A model generated the notes under the pieces. It saw nothing but the letters and a program-made list of their open reading frames with translations, searched no databases and was not told the DNA's origin. Both the position numbers and the translations under genes were made by a program. From a bacterium (GTDB taxonomy: Bacteria; Zhuqueibacterota; Zhuqueibacteria; Zhuqueibacterales; Zhuqueibacteraceae): DNA of 34,481 nucleotides. Below are positions 15,511 through 24,100 of this stretch, piece after piece. The DNA lies in the NCBI GenBank assembly GCA_050732275.1, contig JBOHQZ010000001.1, positions 1-34,481 on the forward strand, in the 5' to 3' direction. Numbering within the stretch: position 1 is the first letter of the stretch; every line of letters begins with the position of its first letter.

Positions 15511-16848
15511 ATGAAAAAAATTATCAGTTTCACGTTGGCGTTTGTGCTCGCGGTTCCGGCAAGCTTCGCTATGGCGCAAAACCACGCTTCCCGAAATCTA
15601 GTCGAACAGCTTCTACAATCTCGCCCGGATTTATTTAGAGAGGTTTTAAAAAATATCGAAAAACATGAGATCCAGATTTTATACACCCAAATCGACCGCG
15701 ACCAAAAGAACCGGCCGTCGTTCCGGTCTTATTCGTATCGGGTGAATTCCAAAGAATACTTTTATCCCGCCAGTACGGTAAAGCTTCCCGCCGCCGTTTT
15801 TGCGCTCGAAAAGCTTAATGATCTCGGCATCAAAGGATTGAACAAATATACCAGCTTGCGTATTGACAGCGCATACGCGGGACAAACGGCGGTGACGCAC
15901 GATTCCAGCACGGAAAACTATCTACCGTCGATAGCGCATTACATTAAGAAAATCTTCCTAGTGAGCGACAACGACGCCTACAACCGGCTGTACGAATTTC
16001 TCGGCCAGCGCGCGCTTAACGAAGCGTTGTGGGAGAAAGGCTTTAAAGACCTCAAGCTGGCGCACCGTTTGTCGATTGCTTTGCCTGCCGAGCAAAACCG
16101 TTACACCAATCCTTTCACTTTTTATGATGGCGACAAAATCATTTATCAACAGCCACTCGGCTTCAATCCGCTGGTTTTCAAGAATAAGCTAAAAACAACA
16201 CTGAAGGAAAAAGGCTACATCAAAAACGGCGATTTGGTTAATGAACCCAAAGACTTTTCGCCGTCGAATTACATTTCTCTTGAGAATTTGCAGGGCATTC
16301 TGAAAGCCGTTTTGTTTCCGGAAGCGGTGAAGAGCAAACAAAGATTTCATTTGCAGCCGGACGATGAACAGTTCTTGTACAAATACCTGTCGATGCTGCC
16401 GCGCGAGAGCGACTACCCGAAGTACGATACCACGGAATTTTATGACAGCTACGGCAAGTATTTCCTGTTTGGCGACTCGAAGCAGCGTATCCCGTCCGAC
16501 ATTCGGATATTCAATAAAGTCGGCCAGGCTTATGGCTATCTCATCGATAACGCTTACGTGGTGGATTTCGAGAACAAGATCGAGTTCCTGCTCTCAGCGG
16601 TCGTTTACGTCAACGAAGATCAGATTTTCAATGATGACAAATATGAATACGACACGATCGGAATGCCTTTCCTGGCGAATTTGGGCAGGGTGATTTACGA
16701 ATACGAGAAGACGCGGCCACGCCGATATTTGCCGAATTTGGAAAAGTTCAAGATCGAATATCACAAAGCGGAGCCGCAACCAATAGGATTTTCTCCAACG
16801 GATGAATTAAGGCCAGCGGATGTTTTATCTGTTGGCCTTAATTCATGA
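15511..16848 (+). CDS. secreted class-A beta-lactamase-like serine hydrolase
   Basis: 445 aa. Signal peptide MKKIISFTLAFVLAVPASFAMA. SxxK motif (ASTVK), SDN motif (VSDNDAYN) and a KxG-like motif (NKVGQ). The last roughly 19 codons are encoded by a repeat element. Confidence 0.8.
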   Translation: MKKIISFTLAFVLAVPASFAMAQNHASRNLVEQLLQSRPDLFREVLKNIEKHEIQILYTQIDRDQKNRPSFRSYSYRVNSKEYFYPASTVKLPAAVFALEKLNDLGIKGLNKYTSLRIDSAYAGQTAVTHDSSTENYLPSIAHYIKKIFLVSDNDAYNRLYEFLGQRALNEALWEKGFKDLKLAHRLSIALPAEQNRYTNPFTFYDGDKIIYQQPLGFNPLVFKNKLKTTLKEKGYIKNGDLVNEPKDFSPSNYISLENLQGILKAVLFPEAVKSKQRFHLQPDDEQFLYKYLSMLPRESDYPKYDTTEFYDSYGKYFLFGDSKQRIPSDIRIFNKVGQAYGYLIDNAYVVDFENKIEFLLSAVVYVNEDQIFNDDKYEYDTIGMPFLANLGRVIYEYEKTRPRRYLPNLEKFKIEYHKAEPQPIGFSPTDELRPADVLSVGLNS

Positions 16849-16992
16849 GCCTCTCGTAAAAAGTCTGTGGTTTTGAAAAATTTTGTGTTTTGATACAATA
16901 AGTTGTATGTCAATGTGTTTATGACTTCAATATATTGTATGCCGTTTCAGATTTTTGACTTTTTACGGAAACCTCAATTCATCCGTTGGAGA
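16792..16992 (+). repeat. roughly 200-bp element bounded by a perfect 17-bp inverted repeat of the CCAACGGAT family, containing an inner 20-bp hairpin. MITE-like or terminator element
   Basis: TCTCCAACGGATGAATT (16792-16808) pairs with AATTCATCCGTTGGAGA (16976-16992). The inner hairpin pairs 16802-16821 with 16827-16846, and its two non-Watson-Crick positions are G.U only on the plus-strand RNA. A T-run follows 16992. Confidence 0.6.
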
Positions 16993-17024
16993 TTTTTTTA
17001 CTTGAAAGCAACAATGCTTGGCTC

Positions 17025-17612
17025 TTACCCTCCGACCCGCTCCCTCGCATACAACAACCCAATCACCGTCTTCGCATCTTCAATCTTGCCTTTTTCGAGC
17101 ATGGCATAAACTTTCGCCACCGGCAATTCCAGCACATGAATGTCTTCGTGCTCGGAGGCCAAGCCGCCGCCGGCGTTTTCTCTTCCGGCGACTTCGGCGT
17201 AAAAAATATAAATGCGCTCCGACATGCCGCCCGGCGAGGGGAAGATGCGCGTGAGCAGCTCGAGGTTTTTCACTTTGTATCCGGCTTCTTCCATGACCTC
17301 GCGCCGCACCACCCCTTGCGGGGTTTCTCCTTGCTCCACCACGCCGGCAACCAGCTCGTAAAGCCAGCCGTTTTTCTTTTTCAACGCGCGAAAGACCGGA
17401 TAGCGAAATTGCCGGATCAAAACCAGCGTGTTGTTTTGGCGGTTGAACAAAACCACGGCAACGGCATCGCCACGTTCCATGGACAGGCGACGCACTTCTT
17501 TAGACATGGTGCCGTCAAATTTCTCGAACCGCAAGTGGCCGACGATGATTTTGAAAAAATCTTTGTAAGCTATCCGCTCTTTTTTTAGTTCGACTTTCAT
17601 GTGAACTCTCAT
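17025..17612 (-). CDS. NUDIX hydrolase (ADP-ribose pyrophosphatase-like)
   Basis: Nudix box GVVEQGETPQGVVRREVMEEAGY. The track ORF runs to 17759 (GTG) but would overlap the upstream gene. The ATGs at 17612 and 17600 are the plausible starts. Confidence 0.8.
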   Translation of the reverse strand: MRVHMKVELKKERIAYKDFFKIIVGHLRFEKFDGTMSKEVRRLSMERGDAVAVVLFNRQNNTLVLIRQFRYPVFRALKKKNGWLYELVAGVVEQGETPQGVVRREVMEEAGYKVKNLELLTRIFPSPGGMSERIYIFYAEVAGRENAGGGLASEHEDIHVLELPVAKVYAMLEKGKIEDAKTVIGLLYARERVGG

Positions 17613-17631
17613 ATTTTGAAGCGCAGGTTTC

Positions 17632-18543
17632 TCAAGTGCTGGCTTGAGAAGGCTCAACGCTGTTGCTCTGATGTTCATTAGCCGGCGCATGGATCTCTTC
17701 CAACATAGCCGTGTACATCGACATTTGGAATAATAAATGATAGAGCCCCAATCCTGCACCGATTAATAGATCGGGCGGCGGGATTACCTCAGATTCGGGA
17801 CCGCGAAGTTGTTCGATGCTTACCAAAATGACGCTGGCCAGTACAATCGCCGCAGCGCTCAGGAGGCTGATGAGCAGTGCCGAAAAATAAAATACGGTCA
17901 TTTTTTTGGCTGCCATTGGGATACTTTCAATGTTCCAACGAAAGGCGCTTTTGGCAACTTCCGGCGGATATTCACAGTGTTTTGCAAAAAACTGTTTAAG
18001 GTGGTTCATCGCGCGAGCACTTTCACACCAAGCCTGGCGCAAGCGCACCACTTGCATAAAGTAAACCCATCCCACTGTATTAAAAAGCAGGCTCAACGCT
18101 ACAATCGCCTCGTAGCGATAGCGAAATTCTGAGCCGCCCTCCTTGCTTACCATGACGCCGATGCCTGCCAATACCACGCCGGCTGACAGCAGGAAATAGT
18201 TGACCATCGTGTGCCGGTCGTTCATTGCCTGTGCGGCGGTTTCTTTGATATATTCAAATTCTTCCAGCAAAATCTCTTGAAGCTCTAGTGTCGGCGCTTC
18301 GCTTTTCTCTTTTTTCTTTTTCTTGGCGGGAATTTCAAGCTTGGGAATGCCGATGTAACGAATCGACTCTCGATATTTGTTTTTCACAAAAAGGATTAAG
18401 GCCGTTACAATGAAAATATAACAACTCGCCAGATAGATCGGACGGCACGGCAGCACAAAATAGAGCACAACCGGCCAAACAAAGGAAAGCACCAAGAAGA
18501 GATAGGATTGCGAACGCTGCCACCATTCTATTAAAGCTTTCAT
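17632..18543 (-). CDS. hypothetical polytopic membrane protein (about 6 TM) with a Lys-rich loop
   Basis: 303-aa ORF. Two N-terminal TM helices, a PAKKKKKEKSE loop, an amphipathic segment, then four more hydrophobic helices. About 20 nt upstream of the NUDIX gene on the same strand. Confidence 0.65.
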   Translation of the reverse strand: MKALIEWWQRSQSYLFLVLSFVWPVVLYFVLPCRPIYLASCYIFIVTALILFVKNKYRESIRYIGIPKLEIPAKKKKKEKSEAPTLELQEILLEEFEYIKETAAQAMNDRHTMVNYFLLSAGVVLAGIGVMVSKEGGSEFRYRYEAIVALSLLFNTVGWVYFMQVVRLRQAWCESARAMNHLKQFFAKHCEYPPEVAKSAFRWNIESIPMAAKKMTVFYFSALLISLLSAAAIVLASVILVSIEQLRGPESEVIPPPDLLIGAGLGLYHLLFQMSMYTAMLEEIHAPANEHQSNSVEPSQAST

Positions 18544-18583
18544 TCACACACCTCCCGCCGATGATTGGTGTCCATAATTCGAT

Positions 18584-19888
18584 TTATTTGGACTTCTCAT
18601 TCCCCGCCCCGATATAAACCTTCCCATCCTTCATCACAAAACTCACCTTTTCCATCACCGCAATATTTTGCAACGGATCACCCGGCACCGCGATAATGTC
18701 AGCAAATTTGCCGGCTTCGATGCTGCCGAGATTGGCTTCCTGATCGAGCAAATCCGCCGCAACCATCGTCGCGGCTTTGAGCGCTTGCATCGGCGACATG
18801 CCGGCATTCACCATCAGCTTCAGCTCGCCGGCTTGGTTCATTGTCCACGGAAAGCCGCCGGCATCGGTACCCATCGCGATTTTCACGCCGGCTTTCGCCG
18901 CCTTGCCAACGGCAGTACGAAGCATCGGCAACATCTTCGTCCAAATTTCCGCTCCGGCGGCAGCGCGGCCTGGCGCAACGTATTCGGTAACGAGCATCGT
19001 CGGGCACCAGAACGTGCCTTGTCGCGCGGCTTGCGCGATGAGCGCATCGTCAAAGCCGTCACCGTGCTCGATGGAATCGCAGCCATAATCCAGCGCCATT
19101 TTGATGCCGTTGCGGCCAATCGCATGCGCCGCGACTTTCTTGCCGAGACGATGCGTTTCATCGACAATGGCTTTGATCTCCTCCGGCGTCCAGTTCGGTT
19201 GGCTCGAAAGCCCGCCGTCTTTGTCGATATAATAACGCCGGTCGCAATAAATCTTGATCCAATCCGCGCCGTTGGCGATTTGCTCGCGCACCGCTTGCCG
19301 GCAGTTGTCGGCGCCATCGACGATTTGCACGCCTTTGGGGAGATTCAACTCCCACGCATAACCGCTCGGCCCATACGCGCCGGTTGGCGCCATCGCCCGT
19401 GTCGAAACCCACATTCGCGGCCCGGGAATGACGCCGTTGTTGATCGCCTTTTTCACATCGACGTCTGCGTACATCGCGCCTTCGGTTTCCACGTCGCGCA
19501 TCGAGGTGATGCCGTTCATCAATGCCGTCCGCACCGCGGCCACGGCGCGAATCGTGCGATACGGAATCGACTCTTTGTAGATTTGCTCTTCATACTCCGC
19601 CGACGTAATATCGCCTTGCAGAAGAATATGCGTGTGCGCGTCGATAAGCCCCGGCAGCACGGTGGCATGGCGCAGGTCAATGGTTTGCGCGCCGGCAGGA
19701 ATTTTGACATTTTTGCCAACCTCAAGGATGCGATTGCCTTGCACCAAAATCGTGATGCCGCTCAACACCGCGTCACTTTTGCCATCGATCAACTTGCCGG
19801 TTTGCATGGCGATTATTTTCTCTTGCGCCAATAGCGTCGATGCCAGGATCAGCATCACCATTACAAGGAACGTGCTCGCGTATTTCAT
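18584..19888 (-). CDS. periplasmic metal-dependent amidohydrolase (COG1228-like), full length
   Basis: 434 aa. Signal peptide present. Motifs DAHTHI, AHAIG, IEHG, GTDAG. Intact C-terminus (...GSIEAGKFADIIAVPGDPLQNIAVMEKVSFVMKDGKVY). Paralog of 13412-14509. Confidence 0.85.
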   Translation of the reverse strand: MKYASTFLVMVMLILASTLLAQEKIIAMQTGKLIDGKSDAVLSGITILVQGNRILEVGKNVKIPAGAQTIDLRHATVLPGLIDAHTHILLQGDITSAEYEEQIYKESIPYRTIRAVAAVRTALMNGITSMRDVETEGAMYADVDVKKAINNGVIPGPRMWVSTRAMAPTGAYGPSGYAWELNLPKGVQIVDGADNCRQAVREQIANGADWIKIYCDRRYYIDKDGGLSSQPNWTPEEIKAIVDETHRLGKKVAAHAIGRNGIKMALDYGCDSIEHGDGFDDALIAQAARQGTFWCPTMLVTEYVAPGRAAAGAEIWTKMLPMLRTAVGKAAKAGVKIAMGTDAGGFPWTMNQAGELKLMVNAGMSPMQALKAATMVAADLLDQEANLGSIEAGKFADIIAVPGDPLQNIAVMEKVSFVMKDGKVYIGAGNEKSK

Positions 19889-19964
19889 CTCCTGCCTCAG
19901 TGCTAAAATGAAAGTTGGCTTTTATCAGCTTGATCAGATGAATCCGTTTACAAAAATTTTCAGT

Positions 19965-19991
19965 AAGCGGATTAAGCCGATAAAGCGGATA
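19965..19991 (+). repeat. three tandem 9-mers AAGCGGATT/AAGCCGATA/AAGCGGATA overlapping a hairpin (19941-19973)
   Basis: Read directly from the sequence. Lies about 80-100 nt upstream of the amidohydrolase start (19888, minus strand) and downstream of the 20084 gene. Confidence 0.4.
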
Positions 19992-20083
19992 AAAGCAAAA
20001 CGATAATATAAAACTTTTGTAACGGTAAAGATAGGCAAAAGGCGGGGAAAATGCAAATGCTTTAAAGCAGAAAGATGAATGGC

Positions 20084-21013
20084 TTATTCAGTCGCATGGC
20101 CATAGCTGAATGAATTCGTCGTATTCCACCGAGCTTTATAAAAACGTGCGCCATCCATACGTTTATTCAGCTCCGGCTTGAAAAGCAGAACGGTATCGCT
20201 CCACCATTGAGAAATTCCCTGCACGACGGCGATGTCGCCATCATCCGACAATTCTGCAATGCTTTTGACGTCGTTTAATTTGGACAACGGCTCGAAAGGG
20301 CGAAAGGCGCCGGTTTGCGGATCGAAGTCATAAATGGCTGTTTTGGTCGTGACGAACAGGGTTTTGCCATTTTTTCTTGGGAATAAATCATGCCCTTCGT
20401 GAGTGGGCAATGCATATCGGGCGGCGATTGATAAGGCGGGCGCTATAGTAGCAAAATGTTTAACCGCGTAAAGTGTATCAAGCCCCAACGCCCAAAGTTG
20501 GTTTCTTTTGAAATCCCATACGACGCCGTGCGCCGAGGGCAGAGCCATATCCATGTATTTCGAGCTATCGGGAAACTCGTAAAAGAGCCGCAGATGATTG
20601 TCCTGCGACGAGGCCACAACGATATTCCCATCCGGCAGAAGTTCTGCCGAATGCGGGCTTTCGCCGCCATAAGCATGAAAGACCACTTTTTTGTCGGCGA
20701 TTCTAACCAGCGCAACCCCACCTCCCGAGCCTCCCACAATCAGCAAATGGCTTGATTGTTTAACCGGTTTGGCCTCCGCCAAATAATCATACCAGCCTTT
20801 TTCCTGTTCCGGGATCTCAGGCGATTCGCTTGCCGACCAGCTCCAAAAAACTTTGGAAGAATCATTCCAATCACTATTGATGTTTAACAGCAATACTTTC
20901 TTGCTGTTTTGGTCACAAATAAACAACTCTTTGGGAATTTGTTTTTCTTTGCTCGAACAGCTCTGGAGAACCAGCGCTAAAAAGAGTGGGAGAATAAGTT
21001 TGGCAAATTTCAT
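20084..21013 (-). CDS. hypothetical lipoprotein (beta-propeller-like)
   Basis: The ATG at 21013 gives MKFAKLILPLFLALVLQSC with a lipobox. The longer TTG-initiated ORF to 21073 would run through the terminator hairpin of the upstream gene. Confidence 0.65.
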   Translation of the reverse strand: MKFAKLILPLFLALVLQSCSSKEKQIPKELFICDQNSKKVLLLNINSDWNDSSKVFWSWSASESPEIPEQEKGWYDYLAEAKPVKQSSHLLIVGGSGGGVALVRIADKKVVFHAYGGESPHSAELLPDGNIVVASSQDNHLRLFYEFPDSSKYMDMALPSAHGVVWDFKRNQLWALGLDTLYAVKHFATIAPALSIAARYALPTHEGHDLFPRKNGKTLFVTTKTAIYDFDPQTGAFRPFEPLSKLNDVKSIAELSDDGDIAVVQGISQWWSDTVLLFKPELNKRMDGARFYKARWNTTNSFSYGHATE

Positions 21014-21035
21014 GGTTCTACTGCAAGTCCGGCTT

Positions 21036-21079
21036 AAAAATAAAAAAGGGGCGCCATCTATTCCTGCAGACAACGCCCC
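21036..21079 (-). terminator. intrinsic terminator after the beta-helix giant gene
   Basis: On the minus strand, GGGGCG (21074-21079) pairs with CGCCCC (21048-21053) and is followed by TTTTTTATTTTT (21036-21047). Confidence 0.55.
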
Positions 21080-21104
21080 TCACGGACGCCAAAAAGCTTT
21101 TGGC

Positions 21105-21158
21105 GTAATGCGTAAAACGTAATCCGTAAATTCATCTCATTTACGTCTTACGCATTAC
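21105..21158 (-). repeat. 18-bp inverted repeat made of CGTAA/TTACG pentamers at 7-nt spacing, immediately 3' of the giant gene's stop codon
   Basis: GTAATGCGTAAAACGTAA (21105-21122) pairs with TTACGTCTTACGCATTAC (21141-21158), 17/18 complementary. gCGTAAtgCGTAAaaCGTAAtcCGTAAa gives four CGTAA at heptad spacing. A further hairpin, CGCCAAAAagcTTTTGGCG, lies at 21087-21105. Confidence 0.5.
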
Positions 21159-21161
21159 ATT

Positions 21162-24100
21162 TTATCTCGTCACCACAATTTTCTGCATAGCGGTAAAAGA
21201 TCCTGCTTGCATACGCACAAAATAAATGCCGCTTTCTACCAAGCGGCCCCGCTGATCACGGCCGTCCCACAGCGCCGAATAAAAGCCCGGGGGTTTCGCA
21301 GCCTGCTCCAGCAAGCGCACGCGGCGACCCAGCAAATCGTAAATCTCCAATGTCACTTCATTCGATTGCGGAATTTGAAATGGTATTACCGTCATTGCTT
21401 CGGCGCTGCGCAAAGGGTTGGGAAAATTTTGTTGCAGCGCATAAGCCTTCGGTAGCTTCTCCTGGCGCGTGGTGACGCTCGTGGTAGAGACCGTCACCCG
21501 CCAATTCACACTGACGGTGTCGCGTTGATCGCTCACCACGACGCGAATGCGATACTCGCCGAAGCCGGCATAAAATGGATAGAACGTGTAACTCGCGCCA
21601 TAACTGACCGGATTGGGTCCGTCGTCGAGCGTCCAAATATACGTGAGCAAATCGTTGTCCGGATCATGCGCTGAGATTTTAAAATTCAGCGTGTCTTGCC
21701 GTCCGGCGCGAATGGGCAAATGGGCGGGCGGCGTCGTTTGTGTGATGATCGGCTTGTCGTTGGTCGCTATCGGAACCTGGCGGCTGAAATTCAGATTGAA
21801 TCCGTTCAAAGGATACGCTTCGGCTTCACCCGGCTTGGCGGCGCCGAGATAATTGAAAGTGGCGTTGATCACCGGTGCGCTGCCTTCGCGTGCCAGCGCT
21901 TTTCCTTTATTGCCGCTCGTATTGTTATAAATGTCGTTGCCTTGTCCGGCGCTTCCACCAATGATTGGAAGCGAGCCTGCGGCGCAAAATATCGCTCCGC
22001 CAATATCGGTTGCGCCGGCCGTATTGCCGGCGAGGACATTGCTAATAATTCTCGGCGAGGAGTTGTCCAGATAAATGGCGCTGCCGTTACTAGGCGAGCG
22101 ATTCGAGCGAAATTCACTTTGGCGAATTTCACCGCCGGTGCGCTGAAAGAAAATTCCGCCGCCGCGGCCGTTGTTTTCAATAAAGCGGCAATTGTTCACG
22201 ATCACAGTATTGCTCGAATCCGCTGCAACCGCGCCGCCGCCGCCAATCGTCGCATTGCGCCGGAACTGCACACCTTCAAGGCGAATCTGTGAGCTTTTGT
22301 GAATTTGCAACGCTCCGGCAGAGAAGGGAGGTGAGATCAGCGCATAACTGCCATTGGTCAATGTCAGATTGCGCAGATTGATGCGCGTGACATTGTAAAC
22401 CTCCAAAATGCGCGTTTTATTGCCACCGTCCAACACCACACTGTCGGCGTGTTGCCCGATGAGCGTAACGCGATTGGGAACGCGCCAGGGAAAACGCTCG
22501 CCAGTGGCATTCGCCGAGTAAACCCCGTTCTGCAAGTGCAATCGCACCGAGTCACCCGAGTCGCTAAAAAATCGCCCCGCCGCCGCGAGCGTTCGCCAGG
22601 GCGAATTGACGCTCACGCCAGAATTGGCGTCATCACCTTTGGGCGAGAGATAAAACTGCCGGCTGTTTGCCGGAATCGTAATCGTGACGTACCGAAAAAC
22701 CGATACGTCGAAGATCGTCGGATTATCGACGAGTGCGACTTCCGGCTTGCCGCCAAAGAAATTGTGGCGCGCCTCGATTTTATCGTGGCGCGGCGCGCTG
22801 CCGAGCACTTTGCCGAAATTTCCGGCGCGGTTGCCATAAAGATCATTGCCGTTTGCCGCGGCGCCGCCGATCACCGCTTTGCCGTTAGCGCCGAGATAGA
22901 TGCCGCCGCCGGTGCCGCTTTGTGCCGTATTGTCGAGAATAAAATTGCGCCAAATCCTCGCCAAGCCATTGGTCACCGCGATGCCGCCGCCGGCCGCCGC
23001 CGTATTGTCATGAATTCGCGAGTCGGTTATCGTCGCCACCGCCGCGCTATCGACATGGACGGCGCCGCCATTGGTCTGCGCCCGATTGCCATTAAATTCC
23101 GCTGCGTTGATTTCGATTGAGTCTCCCAATGCCGCCACAGCGCCGCCGCTTTGTTGCGCGCTGTTATTGGCAAATTCACAATTGCGGATCACGGTTTTGT
23201 AGCTGCGTTGCGTCGCCACGGCGCCGCCGTTCATTGCCGAATTGTTTTGCAGCAAGCAATTCGTCATCGTGAGCGCAACGGATTTGCCCACTGCTGCTGT
23301 TTTGCTGTTGCTGATCAAAACCGCGCCGCCAAAGCCCGAAGCTTTGCCGCCGGCGATTTTCATATCCGTTATGACATTGCCGGCGAGGTCACGGCCTTCA
23401 AATACGCGGCCGCGGTTTTCGGCATCGACGGTGGTGGAATCGCGGCCGGCTCCCCGCACGGTCAAATATTTCGCCAAAGTAAGTGGAAAAGTTTCTCCGC
23501 TCGTCGCAGCGGCGAAGCGGCCCGGCAACAAGCGCAAAGTCATTGGGCTATTGGCGAGGCCGAACGACAACCGGAGCGCTTGTCCAACGGTGCGCAGCGC
23601 TTCGCCGCGTGAGGTTCCAATCGCGCCGTCGTTGCCGGCCGGTGAGATATAAAGCTCGCGCGTATTTGACGGCATGCGTTCCGAAACCTGGCGGTAGTTT
23701 TCTGTGGCGAACTGTGCGAATGGAGAGATCAGCATTGAGTCGGGAACTTGTCCCCAAAAATTGTAGCGCGTATCGATTTTCAATCCAGGTTCCAAGCGGC
23801 GAACCTGCGATCCCTTGCCAACCGCGGTATTCAAGTAAATGTCGTTGCTCTGCTGCTCGCGCGTGCCGATCAGCGGCAGGGAAGCGCCATCTAGTGCTAT
23901 GGCTCCGCCGCCGGAAACGTTGGCGTGGTTCAATAAAATACGATTGTTATTGAAACGGGGATTGGAACGGCTGATGTACAACGCGCCGCCAAAGCCCGCA
24001 ATATTCTTTTGAAATTCGTTGCGCATAAATCGCGCCTCGCTGCTGGAGTCGCAATGCACCGCGCCGCCGCCGTTGGCGGCAGTGTTCTCAGTGAAAATAT

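Noticed and set aside
18668-19834. 388-aa plus-strand ORF antisense to the amidohydrolase gene (and the similar 13623-14153 ORF)
   Set aside because: Arg/His-rich nonsense composition. The minus-strand frame carries every amidohydrolase motif, an RBS and a signal peptide.
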